From an uncultured Methylomirabilota bacterium (GTDB lineage Bacteria > Methylomirabilota > Methylomirabilia > Methylomirabilales > 2-02-FULL-66-22), in contig OY970067.1 in NCBI GenBank assembly GCA_963705305.1, forward strand, positions 384,001-448,000: DNA of 64,000 bases, given 5' to 3'. This document shows, piece after piece, positions 18,908 through 30,151 of the stretch. Within the stretch, counting starts at the first letter, position 1, and each line of letters starts with the position of its first letter. Position numbers and translations under genes: made by a program. Below the pieces are notes generated by a model. That model searched no databases, was not told the origin of the DNA, and was given only the letters and a program-made list of their open reading frames with translations.

Positions 18908-19870
18908 TCACGCCGGATAGGTTCCCGCCAGGGCTGCCTCGATGTGGGCCAGCAAGGTCGGTCCCGCCAGCAACGGCATCCCGGTGAGGCGAAGCCGGAG
19001 CTGGGGAATCTCGTAGAGCAATTCATCCAGCGCGGCCAGGGCCATCTCCCGCCTGCTCGCCCCTGGCAGGCGCCGGACCACCGTGGTCACCGCGCCGTGG
19101 ATGGTATCCGCCACTTTCCCGGAGGCGCCCAGGAAGGCCCGGACCTCCGTTCCGCGGCGAACCGGCCCGTTCACGAGTGTTCCGCCATGGTACGCATGCC
19201 CCAGGCAGAGCGTCCGGGCATCCAGTGCATCCAGCTTCGCGAGGGACCGCCGGTACGTGGGCGCGTCAAAGTAGTAGGGGTAGCCGCCGGGACGGGCCCC
19301 CTGTCCCTGGGCCGCATCGCCGGTGAAGAGCATGCTTTCGCTCTCCCAGAAATAGGCCACGTGGCCGGGCGTGTGTCCCGGGCAGTGGAGCACGCGGAGA
19401 CTGATGCCGGCCCCCAGGTCCACCCGGTCTCCGTCGGCGAGGAACACATCGGCCCCGGCAGGTTCGCCGGCGTTCCGGAGCACGTGGTCAATCCGCTCCT
19501 GGAGGGCGGCGGCGGGGAACTCCAGGGCGCGCAGGGGGGCCGTATGAAACTCGACCTGGGCCTGGTTCGACTCGACCATGGGGCGGTCCATGGCATGCAC
19601 ATGGATGCGCGCCCCGGACCGGCGCTTGACCTCCGCGTTGCCGCCGGAGTGATCCAGGTGGGCGTGCGTGTTCAGGATCAACGCCACGTCCTTGAGCGCC
19701 ATGCCGATCTCTGCCAGCGCCGGCTCCAGGGCCGTCTGGGGAGAGTCCGAGGCTCCGGTGTCGATGAGGGCCGCCTGCTCACCCTTGAGGAGGTAGAGGA
19801 AAACGGTTCCCGTCCCGTCGAAAGGAGTTCGGATCTGATAGACGCCCTGCCGGAGCAACTCGATATGCAT
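18908..19870 (-). CDS. Metallo-beta-lactamase-fold hydrolase
   Basis: LIDTG, THAHLDHSGG, PGHTPGH, FTGD; GGAGG spaced for ATG 19870. Confidence 0.88.
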   Translation of the reverse strand: MHIELLRQGVYQIRTPFDGTGTVFLYLLKGEQAALIDTGASDSPQTALEPALAEIGMALKDVALILNTHAHLDHSGGNAEVKRRSGARIHVHAMDRPMVESNQAQVEFHTAPLRALEFPAAALQERIDHVLRNAGEPAGADVFLADGDRVDLGAGISLRVLHCPGHTPGHVAYFWESESMLFTGDAAQGQGARPGGYPYYFDAPTYRRSLAKLDALDARTLCLGHAYHGGTLVNGPVRRGTEVRAFLGASGKVADTIHGAVTTVVRRLPGASRREMALAALDELLYEIPQLRLRLTGMPLLAGPTLLAHIEAALAGTYPA

Positions 19871-20209
19871 GGCCATCACCTCCGTATGTGCCATTCCCTG
19901 CGGACTTGCTTCCCCGGTGGCAACCCGCGAAGCGTCGTTCGCGGGACCGGGATTCCGCCGGCGAAAGCGATCGCACAAGAGCCCCTTCTGCCTGCGGGTG
20001 ACGCTGCGCAGCCGCCAAGCCCCACGGTCGACCGCACCTCTCCACGCGATCGGGCGCCCCCGCAGCCGGACGGTGGCATCATGATGTTCCCGCCGCCATG
20101 CGGCCGTCAAGTCGAAACCTGCGGCCCGCGGCATCTCGGCCTCGCCACCGATCGAAGATTTCGGAATGTGGACGAATTCCTACTTGGACGCACAGACGCG
20201 AGATTGCCG

Positions 20210-20239
20210 TTGACAGCCCGCTCCCGTCACACATACACT
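20210..20239 (+). promoter_or_regulatory. sigma70-like promoter TTGACA-N18-TACACT upstream of the peptide-type ABC operon
   Basis: Consensus -35 at 20210-20215 and near-consensus -10 at 20234-20239. Confidence 0.5.
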
Positions 20240-20346
20240 GCAAGTCTACTGTCGTCCTTCTGGGTCTGCGGGGGCAACGGTTGGTGGCTGCCTGGCGCGC
20301 GGACCGCCGTTCCCGTGCCCGGCATCATTAGGAGGAGGATTCATCT

Positions 20347-22428
20347 ATGTCTCGAAAACGGAGCGGCATCACCCGACGGCAGTTCTTGCAGCAGACGGCA
20401 CTGGCCTCGAGCGCGGTAGCATTGGCGGGCCTGTACCCGCCGCTCATCCGCGCCGGCGAGGCGGCGGAGGCCAAGCTCGGGGCCCGATTCATCGGCAAGC
20501 TCGAAGGGCCCGAAATCCTCCGCGACGCGGCGAAATTCCCCAAGGCGTTCAAGGAGGCTCCCATGCTGGCCGAGCTGGTGAAGGCTGGCAAGCTCCCGCC
20601 CGTGGACAAGCGCCTGCCCGAGCCGGCCGAGCTGATGGTGATCAAGCCCCTGAAGGAGATCGGGAAGTACGGCGGCCGCTGGCGCCGGGGATTCACCGGG
20701 CCCGCCGACAACGAGAACGGCAACCGCATCGTCTCCACCGACAAGATCCTGATGTTCGACTATACCGGCAACAAGATCGCGCCCGCCCTGGCCAAGGACT
20801 GGCACCTCAGCGACGACGGGAAGGTCTGCACCATCTCCCTGCGCCGCGGTATGAAGTGGTCGGACGGGCAGCCGTTCACCGCGGACGACTTCCTCTTCTG
20901 GTACGAGGACATTTACCAGAACAAGGAGCTGGTGCCGACGCCGATGCCGGAGCTCCAGATCAATGGCAAGCTCGGCCGCATGTTCAAGCAGGACGATTAC
21001 ACCCTCGTCTTCGAGTTCCCCGAGCCCTACTTCCTCTTTGTGGACATCCTGGCCGGGGACACGCTGATCGGCGGCGGGCAGGCGACGGGGGCGGCGCGCG
21101 CGGCCTTCATGGGCGGCTACGCCCCGGCCCACTACGTCAAGCAGTTCCTGCCCAAGTATTCCTCGGTGGATGAGGCCACGCGAAAGGCCAAGGCCGCCGG
21201 TTTCGACAGCTGGGTGAGTTACGTCCGGAACCGCACCAACTGGGCGCTCAACGTGGAGCTGCCCATCGTCGGTCCCTGGAAGACGGTGAGCCCGATCAAC
21301 ACGCCCACCTGGGGGATGGAGCGGAACCCGTACTACTGGGCGGTGGACACGGCGGGAAATCAACTGCCGTACATCGACCGGATTGCCATGGGCCTGGCGG
21401 AGAACCTGGAGGTCCTGAACCTGCGGGCCATCGCGGGCGAGTACGACTTCCAGGCGCGCCACGTCAGCCTCTCCAAGATGCCCGTGTTCATCGAGAATCA
21501 GAAGAAGGGCGATTACAGGATCCACCTGGACACCTCGCAGAGCGGCTGTGATGCGGCCCTGCTGATCAACACGGCCTACGAGGCCGATCCGGAAATCGCC
21601 AAGTGGCTGACCAACAAGGACTTCCGCCACGCCATGGCGCTCGGCATCGACCGCGACCAGCTGAACGAGGCCCTCTGGCTCGGCCTGGGGACCCCCGGCT
21701 CGTGCGCGCCGGCCGAGGATGTGCCCATCAGCCCGGGGAAGGAATACCGGAAGAAGTGGGCCGTCCTAAACGTGAAGCAGGCCAACGCCCTGCTGGACAA
21801 GATCGGCCTGACCAAGAAGGACGGCGAAGGGTACCGGCTGCGCACCGACGGCAAGGGACGCGTTCGCATCGAGCTGATGTCGGTCGGCGGGCAATTCATC
21901 CCCTACACCCAGATGGGCGAGATGATCAAGCAGCAGTGGGTGAAGATCGGCATCGACGCCGATGTGAAGGAGACCGAGCGCGGCCTGGCCTTCACCAAAA
22001 CGGCCAACGCCGAGCACCAGATCATGTTCTGGACAGTGGGGGGATCGGAGAACCTCTACCTCTTCCCGCGCCACGTCCTCCCCGTGGATCCGGCCGAGTG
22101 CCATATCGGGATGCCCTTCGCCCGCTGGTACGCCAGCAACGGGACCCAGGGCAAGAAGCCGACCAACCCCGAGATGCTCCGGGCCTTCGAGCTCTACCGC
22201 TCGGCGGCGGGCAAGAAGGAGCCCGAGCGCGTCAAGATCGCGCAGGAGATCTGGAAGATCATCCTGGAGGAGTGCTGGGTCATCGGCACGGTGGGACTGT
22301 CGCCCGCGTTCATGGGGGTGCGGATCGTCAAGAACACCATGGGCAACATCCCCGCACGCCAGACCAACGCGCAGCACGCCCGCACGCCCAACACCTCGCA
22401 CCCGTCCACCTTCTTCTTCAAGGCGTAA
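20347..22428 (+). CDS. ABC transporter substrate-binding protein, family 5 (Dpp/Opp/Nik type), Tat signal
   Basis: TRRQFLQ; EAPMLAELVKAGKLPPVDKRLP; KWSDGQPFTADD; RNPYYWAVDTAGNQLPYID. Confidence 0.93.
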   Translation: MSRKRSGITRRQFLQQTALASSAVALAGLYPPLIRAGEAAEAKLGARFIGKLEGPEILRDAAKFPKAFKEAPMLAELVKAGKLPPVDKRLPEPAELMVIKPLKEIGKYGGRWRRGFTGPADNENGNRIVSTDKILMFDYTGNKIAPALAKDWHLSDDGKVCTISLRRGMKWSDGQPFTADDFLFWYEDIYQNKELVPTPMPELQINGKLGRMFKQDDYTLVFEFPEPYFLFVDILAGDTLIGGGQATGAARAAFMGGYAPAHYVKQFLPKYSSVDEATRKAKAAGFDSWVSYVRNRTNWALNVELPIVGPWKTVSPINTPTWGMERNPYYWAVDTAGNQLPYIDRIAMGLAENLEVLNLRAIAGEYDFQARHVSLSKMPVFIENQKKGDYRIHLDTSQSGCDAALLINTAYEADPEIAKWLTNKDFRHAMALGIDRDQLNEALWLGLGTPGSCAPAEDVPISPGKEYRKKWAVLNVKQANALLDKIGLTKKDGEGYRLRTDGKGRVRIELMSVGGQFIPYTQMGEMIKQQWVKIGIDADVKETERGLAFTKTANAEHQIMFWTVGGSENLYLFPRHVLPVDPAECHIGMPFARWYASNGTQGKKPTNPEMLRAFELYRSAAGKKEPERVKIAQEIWKIILEECWVIGTVGLSPAFMGVRIVKNTMGNIPARQTNAQHARTPNTSHPSTFFFKA

Positions 22429-22481
22429 TGGCGCGCTTCGCGCGCCATCAGCGGCCGCCCCGGAGCCTCCGGGGCGGCCGC
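22428..22481 (+). other. Tandem intercistronic hairpins after the SBP gene (8-bp and 14-bp stems)
   Basis: ATGGCGCG-cttcg-CGCGCCAT followed by GCGGCCGCCCCGGA-gcc-TCCGGGGCGGCCGC (22451-22481). Confidence 0.7.
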
Positions 22482-22507
22482 AACGGTTCCCGCCACGGGA
22501 GCGAACC

Positions 22508-23497
22508 ATGCTTGGCTATCTCATCCGCCGGCTGATCCTGGCCATCCTCACCTGCTGGGCCGTCTCCGTCCTCTCCTTTGTGGTGATCCAGCTCCCGCCG
22601 GGCGACTACATCACGTCTTACATCGCCGAGATGTCCGCCTCGGGGAGCGGTGTCTCGGCGGAGGAGGCGGAGGCGCTCCGCCACCAGTACGGGCTGGACC
22701 AGCCGCTTTACATCCAGTACCTGCGCTGGATGGAGATGGTCGTCCGGGGGAACTACGGGATGTCGCTGGAGTACATGCGGCCCGTCTCGGACGTGATCGG
22801 CGACCGCCTCTGGCTCACCATGGTGGTCTCCGTGGCGGCCATCATCCTCACCTGGATCCTCGCCCTCCCCATCGGGATCTACTCGGCGGTGCGACAGTAT
22901 TCTCTGGGCGATTACCTGGCCACCTTTGTGGGCTTCATCGGTCTGGCTGTCCCCAGCTTCCTGCTGGCGCTCATCGTCATGTACCTGGGCTACACCTACT
23001 TAAACGCCAACATCGGCGGGCTCTTTTCCGACCAGTACGCCGAGGCCCCGTGGACGCTGGGCAAGATCTGGGATCTGACCCGGCACCTGCCGATCCCGGC
23101 CGTGATCCTGGGCCTGGCCGGCACGGCCCAACTGATCCGGATCATGCGGGCCAACCTCCTGGACGAGCTGGGGAAGCCGTATGTCGTGACCGCCCGCGCC
23201 CGGGGGCTGCCCGAAACGCGGCTGATCCTGAAATACCCGGTCCGGGTGGCCTTGAACCCGTTTGCCAGCACCATCGGCTACCTGCTCCCCTTCGTGGTGT
23301 CGGGGAGCATCATCGTCTCCCTCGTCCTCAGCCTGCCCACGGTGGGCCCGCTGCTCCTCAAGGCGCTGATCGCCCAGGACATGTTCCTGGCGGGAACCAT
23401 CGTCCTGCTGCTGGGCGTGATGACGGTCATCGGAACCTTCTTGTCCGATCTCCTCCTGATGTGGATCGATCCCCGCATCCGGCTGGAGGGGAAGTGA
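22508..23497 (+). CDS. Peptide/nickel ABC permease (DppB/OppB-like)
   Basis: YGLDQPLYIQYLRW, PYVVTARARGL, DLLLMWIDPRIR. Confidence 0.93.
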   Translation: MLGYLIRRLILAILTCWAVSVLSFVVIQLPPGDYITSYIAEMSASGSGVSAEEAEALRHQYGLDQPLYIQYLRWMEMVVRGNYGMSLEYMRPVSDVIGDRLWLTMVVSVAAIILTWILALPIGIYSAVRQYSLGDYLATFVGFIGLAVPSFLLALIVMYLGYTYLNANIGGLFSDQYAEAPWTLGKIWDLTRHLPIPAVILGLAGTAQLIRIMRANLLDELGKPYVVTARARGLPETRLILKYPVRVALNPFASTIGYLLPFVVSGSIIVSLVLSLPTVGPLLLKALIAQDMFLAGTIVLLLGVMTVIGTFLSDLLLMWIDPRIRLEGK

Positions 23498-24654
23498 TGA
23501 GCGCTGCCGAGGTTCGCCCCGGTCCGGCCGCCGAGGAGGAAGCGACACTGTCCGCCTCGACCACCGAGGAGCGCGTCTCGGTCGCCACCCAGTGGCAGCT
23601 CATGTGGTGGCGGTTCAGGAAGCACCGCCTGGCCATGGTAAGCACCGTGGTCGTGCTGCTCTTTTACCTGGCGGTGGCCGGCGCCGACTTCCTCGCCTAT
23701 TCGGACCCGCTGGCCTCCGAGGCCCAGCGGTCCCTCCTGCCCCCGCAGCGGATCCACTGGTTCGACGAGGGCCATTTCGCTCCCCACGTATACGGCCTGA
23801 AGGGGGTGCGGGATCCCATGACCTTCAAGCGCGTGTACGCACCCGATCCCGAGCAGAAGATTCCGGTCAAGTTCTTCACGCACGGATTCCGATACGCCCT
23901 CTTCTGGGTGATCCCCACGGACCTCCATTTGATCGGCGTGGAGGGCACCACGCCCGAGGAGTCGCTCTTCCTCATGGGCACCGATGAGCAGGGGCGCGAC
24001 ATGTGGTCCCGGCTCATGTACGGGACGCGCACCTCGCTCTCCATCGGCCTGGTCGGGGTGGCCCTCAGCCTGGTGCTGGGGGTGTTCCTGGGCGGGATCT
24101 CGGGGCTCTACGGCGGGGTCATGGACACCGTCATCCAGCGCATCATCGAGATCCTGCGCTCGATTCCCACCATCCCTCTGTGGATGGGTTTGGCGGCGGC
24201 CTTGCCCAACGACTGGTCCGTCGGGCAGGTCTACCTCGCCATCACCGTCATCATCTCCCTGGTCGGCTGGACCGAGCTGGCCCGCGTGGTCCGCGGCCGG
24301 TTCCTCTCGCTCCGGCAGGAGGACTTCGTGATGGCGGCGGAGCTGTGCGGCTGCGGACAGATGCGGATCATCTTCACCCACCTGGTGCCCTCGTTCCTCA
24401 GCCACATCATTGCCGCCACCACGCTGGCCATCCCCGCCATGATCATCAGCGAGACGTCCCTGAGCTTCCTGGGGCTGGGGCTGCGGCCCCCGGCCATCTC
24501 CTGGGGGGTGCTCCTGCAGCAGGCGCAGACCATCCAGGCCCTGGCCATCTCGCCCTGGCTGCTGTTGCCGGCCGTTCCCGTGATCGTCGCCATCCTGGCT
24601 TTCAACTTCATGGGTGACGGCTTGCGGGACGCGGCAGATCCGTATGGACATTGA
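23497..24654 (+). CDS. Peptide/nickel ABC permease (DppC/OppC-like)
   Basis: TGATG overlap; GTDEQGRDMWSRL, ETSLSFLGLG, FNFMGDGLRDAADP. Confidence 0.93.
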   Translation: MSAAEVRPGPAAEEEATLSASTTEERVSVATQWQLMWWRFRKHRLAMVSTVVVLLFYLAVAGADFLAYSDPLASEAQRSLLPPQRIHWFDEGHFAPHVYGLKGVRDPMTFKRVYAPDPEQKIPVKFFTHGFRYALFWVIPTDLHLIGVEGTTPEESLFLMGTDEQGRDMWSRLMYGTRTSLSIGLVGVALSLVLGVFLGGISGLYGGVMDTVIQRIIEILRSIPTIPLWMGLAAALPNDWSVGQVYLAITVIISLVGWTELARVVRGRFLSLRQEDFVMAAELCGCGQMRIIFTHLVPSFLSHIIAATTLAIPAMIISETSLSFLGLGLRPPAISWGVLLQQAQTIQALAISPWLLLPAVPVIVAILAFNFMGDGLRDAADPYGH

Positions 24655-25705
24655 GCGCCGAGACGGCGGGACGAGCCTCGTGAACGAACAGCCAGCAGCC
24701 ATGCGCCAACCCGAGCCGCCGATCCTCTCTGTGCGCGGCCTGCAAACCTACTTCTTTCCCGACGAAGGGACCGTCAAGGCGGTGGACGGAGCGAGCTTCG
24801 ACCTTTTGCCTCGGACGACCCTGGGCATCGTGGGCGAGAGCGGTTGCGGCAAGAGCGTGACCGCACGGTCCATCCTGCGCATCGTCGAGCGGCCCGGCCG
24901 GATCGTGAGCGGCTCCATCCTGCTCCGGAGGGACGGGGGCGAGGTAGACCTGACCCAACTCGATCCGCAAGGGCGCGAGATGCGGCAGATCCGCGGCGGG
25001 GACATCGGCCTGGTGTTCCAGGAGCCCATGACCTCCTTCAGCCCGGTCCACACCATTGGCAACCAGATCGTGGAGACGATCCGCCTGCATCATCCCCTGA
25101 GCAAGCTGGAGGCGCAGGAGCGGGCCATCGCCCTGCTCCGGTCCGTGGGGGTCCCCAAGCCCGAGCGGCGCGTCGACGAGTACGCCTTCGAGCTGTCCGG
25201 CGGCCTGCGCCAGCGGGCCATGATCGCCATGGCCCTCTCCTGCGGGCCGCGCATCCTGATCGCCGACGAGCCGACCACCGCCCTGGACGTCACCACGCAA
25301 GCCCAGATCCTGGACCTCCTGCGGGCGCTGCAAGAGCGCGAGGGGATGGCCATCATCCTGATCACGCACAATCTGGGCGTTGTGGCCGAGATGTGCGATC
25401 TGGTCGTGGTCATGTACCTGGGGCGTGTGGTGGAGGAGGGTCCCGTGGATTCCATCTTCCATGCCCCCCGCCACCCGTACACGCAGGCGCTCCTGCGCTC
25501 CATCCCGAGCATCCGCTCCACCGCGCGCACGCTTTTGCCCACCATCGCCGGCTCCATCCCCCACCCCTACAACCGACCCGCGGGCTGTCCCTTCCACCCC
25601 CGCTGCCCCGACTTCATGCCGGGGACGTGCGATCGGGCGGAGCCGGCGCTACGGCCCGTGGGGGACGGGCAGGCGGTGAGCTGCTTTCTCGGAGAGGGGA
25701 CGTGA
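24644..25705 (+). CDS. Peptide ABC ATP-binding protein (DppD/OppD-like; start uncertain)
   Basis: [42 protein letters not shown]. Confidence 0.93.
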   Translation: MDIERRDGGTSLVNEQPAAMRQPEPPILSVRGLQTYFFPDEGTVKAVDGASFDLLPRTTLGIVGESGCGKSVTARSILRIVERPGRIVSGSILLRRDGGEVDLTQLDPQGREMRQIRGGDIGLVFQEPMTSFSPVHTIGNQIVETIRLHHPLSKLEAQERAIALLRSVGVPKPERRVDEYAFELSGGLRQRAMIAMALSCGPRILIADEPTTALDVTTQAQILDLLRALQEREGMAIILITHNLGVVAEMCDLVVVMYLGRVVEEGPVDSIFHAPRHPYTQALLRSIPSIRSTARTLLPTIAGSIPHPYNRPAGCPFHPRCPDFMPGTCDRAEPALRPVGDGQAVSCFLGEGT

Positions 25706-25707
25706 CC

Positions 25708-26727
<1,020 letters not shown>

Positions 26728-26896
26728 AGGCTCGAGCTCCGCCCGAGCTCTTCTCACGGCTGCCGACTGCGTGCGCGGGCGCAGGCCCGAGCTGCTCGCA
26801 CGCCTGCATTGCGAGAGCACGGCCGATCCCCCGGACGGGGGTCCTGGGAGGACGCCTTCACGGGAACAGACGGGCGAAGAGAAGCGGTGGGCGGAT

Positions 26897-28783
26897 CTAC
26901 CGCACCCGCAGAAACCCGGTCGACAGCCACGGGACAGCCGCAACCGCGACGAGCGCGACCATCACCGCGACCAGGTACGGGAAGACGTGACGCATGGCCT
27001 CGTCGGGTGAGACCTTGCCGATCGCACACGCGGCGTAGAACCCAACGCCGAACGGCGGCGCGAAGAGCCCCACGCCCATGGCCAGGATCACCACCATGGC
27101 GTAGTGGACATCGTTCACGCCCATCAGACGGGAGACGGGGAAGAGCAGCGGCCCGAAGAGCACCACGGCCGGAATGCCCTCGAGAAAGCTCCCCAGGAGG
27201 ACGAATACCACGACCGAGGCCGCCAGGAAGCCGCCGCGGCCGCCGGGGACCCCGGCCAGAAGCCTCGCGAGCCCCTGCGAAAAGCCGGACTGGGTCAGCG
27301 CCCAGGCCATTGCCGTCGCCGTCGCGATGATGAGGAGGATCGCCCCGGACAGCGAGGCGGTCTCCACCAGCATCGGATAGATCCGCCGCCAGTCGAACTG
27401 GTGATAGATCAGGAGACCGATAACAACGGCGTAGGCGATGCCGACGGTCGACACCTCCGTCGCCGTCGCGACCCCTTCAATCACGGCGCCCAGGACGAGA
27501 AACGGCAGCGCCAGCGCGGGGAGGGCGGCAAAGAACTTCTTCAGGATGGTCAGGACGGTTGGGCGGGCCGTCCCCCTCAACCGCTCCCGGCCGGACCGCA
27601 CAAAGACGATGGCGGCCATGGACAGCGCGGCGATGGCGGCCGGCATCAGCCCTCCGGTGAACAAGGCGGCGATGGACACCCCTGTCACCGATCCGATGAT
27701 GATCACCACCAGGCTGGGCGGAATCGTCTCACCCATCGCGCCCGATGCCGAGAGCATTCCTACCAGCTCTCCCGGCTCCCATCCGCGGCGCTTCATCTCA
27801 GGAAAAAGCACCGGGGCAACCGCCGCCATGTCGGCGGCTTTGGCGCCGGAGATCCCCGACACGAAGTACATGGCCACCAGCAGGACATAGCCCAGCCCGC
27901 CACGCACATGGCCGATCAATGCGGCGATGAAGTCGATGAGCCTCCGCGTGATCCCGGCCATCTCGATGAGCAGGCCGAGCAGCACGAACAGGGGCACGGC
28001 CAGCAGCACCAGCGTGGACATCCCTTCGGTCATCCGGCCCACCACCACCGACAAGGGCATCTGGGTCGTCAGGGCCAGGTAAGCGAGGGTTGCGACGCCG
28101 AACGCGAATGCGATCGGCACGCTGGAGGAGACGAGCAGACCCACCAGCACGACGAAGAATAGGATGAGATTGACGTTGCCCAGGCGGGCGAGAGACGACT
28201 CAGCGAGGACCGCCGCCAGGCCTACCCCTCCCACCAGCAGGAGGGCCCCCACAAACATCCGCAGCGAGGCGGTCCCGGCCAGCCGCACGAGGGTGATGAC
28301 CAGCATCAAGAGAATCCCGACCAGGATTGCCGAGACGCTGTACGCCGCGGATACGTTCAGGGCGGGCATGGTGATGGCCGATTCGGTAATCAAGAAGCTT
28401 CTGGTGGGGCCGAGCATCTGCAGGGCGAAGGTCGCCATGACCACGAGCACCGCGACATCGATCCAGGCGCGCCACCTGTGCGAGGCGCGCTGCACGATGG
28501 CCGTCAACCGCATGTGCTCGTCCCGACGCAGCGCGACGGCGGCGCCGAGCATGTTCAACCAGACAAACAGGGTGGCGGCAAGTTCGTCCACCCAGAACAG
28601 CGGGCGGCCGAAGACGTACCGGGCGACAACCCCCGTCAACAGGAGGACGAACTCGACCAGCACCAGGACGGCTGCCGGTACCTCCGTGCTCCAGCGCAGG
28701 ACCTCATCGGCAACCTGCACCCATCGCGGGCCGGCTCGGGACGCGGAGGGCGCGGGACTGTCCGCGGAGACGCCGCTGTCCAT
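26897..28783 (-). CDS. TRAP transporter fused small+large permease (DctQM)
   Basis: N-terminal DctQ (ARYVFGRPLFWVDELA) fused to DctM (LLAVPLF, SGISGAKAAD, GETIPPS, ATATEVS). Confidence 0.92.
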   Translation of the reverse strand: MDSGVSADSPAPSASRAGPRWVQVADEVLRWSTEVPAAVLVLVEFVLLLTGVVARYVFGRPLFWVDELAATLFVWLNMLGAAVALRRDEHMRLTAIVQRASHRWRAWIDVAVLVVMATFALQMLGPTRSFLITESAITMPALNVSAAYSVSAILVGILLMLVITLVRLAGTASLRMFVGALLLVGGVGLAAVLAESSLARLGNVNLILFFVVLVGLLVSSSVPIAFAFGVATLAYLALTTQMPLSVVVGRMTEGMSTLVLLAVPLFVLLGLLIEMAGITRRLIDFIAALIGHVRGGLGYVLLVAMYFVSGISGAKAADMAAVAPVLFPEMKRRGWEPGELVGMLSASGAMGETIPPSLVVIIIGSVTGVSIAALFTGGLMPAAIAALSMAAIVFVRSGRERLRGTARPTVLTILKKFFAALPALALPFLVLGAVIEGVATATEVSTVGIAYAVVIGLLIYHQFDWRRIYPMLVETASLSGAILLIIATATAMAWALTQSGFSQGLARLLAGVPGGRGGFLAASVVVFVLLGSFLEGIPAVVLFGPLLFPVSRLMGVNDVHYAMVVILAMGVGLFAPPFGVGFYAACAIGKVSPDEAMRHVFPYLVAVMVALVAVAAVPWLSTGFLRVR

Positions 28784-28792
28784 GCAGCTCTC

Positions 28793-29806
28793 CTATCCGA
28801 GTTGCCCGGCATACCGCTCCAGCGCACCCCATGCGGTCTCGCCGAACTTCTGCTTCCACTCCCGATAATACCCGGCGCTCCTGAGCACGTCCCGGAACGG
28901 GCCCGTGACGGGGGTGTTGAAGATCATCCCGTGCGACACGAGTTTCTTGGCAATACTGTCGTTGAGGCCCTCCACGTCGGCGCGCTGCTTCACCGCCCCC
29001 TCGTTGAACCGTCGGATGACAATGTCCTGGAGGTCTTTGGGCAGCTTCCCCCAGGCGTCCCCGTTGGCCAGGATCCAGAAGCCGTCCCACATGTGGCTCG
29101 TCAGGGAGACGTACTTCTGGACCTCGTACAGCTTGAAGAGCTCGATGAGTCCCAACGCGTTTTCCTGCCCCTCGGCGAGTTTGGTCTGGAGCGCCGAGTA
29201 GGTCTCGTTCCAGTTGATGCTTGTGGGGGCCGCGCCCAAGGCGTTGAACATCGATGTCCACATCGGGCTGACCGGCACGCGGATCTTGAACCCCTTCAGG
29301 TCGGCCGGGGTGACGATGGGGTGGGTGCTGGTGGTGATCTGCCGGAAGCCGTTGTCCCAGATCTTCTCGAACGTGTAGAGGTTGGCCTTGGCGATGTCGC
29401 CCCGGATGTGCTTGCCCAGGTCCCCGTCCATGGCGGGCCAGACCTCCTTGTAGCTCTTCCAGGCGAACCCGACCCCATTGATGGACGCGACGGGAACGAG
29501 GGTCGCCAGAATCAGGCCGGAGAGATGGAAGAACTGGACCGCGCCGGCGCGCAGCTGGGAGAGCACATCCGTGTCGCCGCCCAGTTGGCTGTTGGGGAAG
29601 ACCTGGATCTCCAGGCGTCCGTTGGAGTCCTCCTTGATCGCCTTGATGGCCTCGGCCATCCTGATGTTCATCGGGTGCGTCATCGTCATGTTGTTGCAGT
29701 ACTTGTAGGTGAATTCGGCCGCCCGGGCCTTGCCGCGCAGGATCCCGACGCTCGCAACCGTTGCCCCCGCCCCGACCACGAATTGCCTGCGAGTTATGGA
29801 GCCCAT
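28793..29806 (-). CDS. dctP: TRAP transporter substrate-binding protein, Tat signal
   Basis: TRRQFVV; FPNSQLGGD, DNGFRQIT, DLKGFKIRVP, YSALQT, EVQKY. Confidence 0.93.
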   Translation of the reverse strand: MGSITRRQFVVGAGATVASVGILRGKARAAEFTYKYCNNMTMTHPMNIRMAEAIKAIKEDSNGRLEIQVFPNSQLGGDTDVLSQLRAGAVQFFHLSGLILATLVPVASINGVGFAWKSYKEVWPAMDGDLGKHIRGDIAKANLYTFEKIWDNGFRQITTSTHPIVTPADLKGFKIRVPVSPMWTSMFNALGAAPTSINWNETYSALQTKLAEGQENALGLIELFKLYEVQKYVSLTSHMWDGFWILANGDAWGKLPKDLQDIVIRRFNEGAVKQRADVEGLNDSIAKKLVSHGMIFNTPVTGPFRDVLRSAGYYREWKQKFGETAWGALERYAGQLG

Positions 29807-30151
29807 GACTCACTCCTCCCTTGAAGTGTCTCCGATCACGCCATCGAAACCGCCGGCCCTATCACGACTCTGTGGCGTCCCGCGCTGTCCAGAACACTCA
29901 CAGCATTCCCGTTGATAACCCCGGAAGGCCTCCGTGCTGCCCGTCCCGTGTGCCGGCAGCCTGCCAGTGCGTCCGCATACGGGAATCGGGCGGGAGAATC
30001 CCCTGCAGGCGGCGCGCATGCACTCCTGGTCCACCCGGATCGGGGGGCGAAACGAGACCGTATGGGCAGCGAAGAATACCGCAGCCACGGGGACGGGTGT
30101 CAAGTGAAAACCCCCCGCACGAAGGAGATTCGGCGAGCGCCGTCGATGGTT

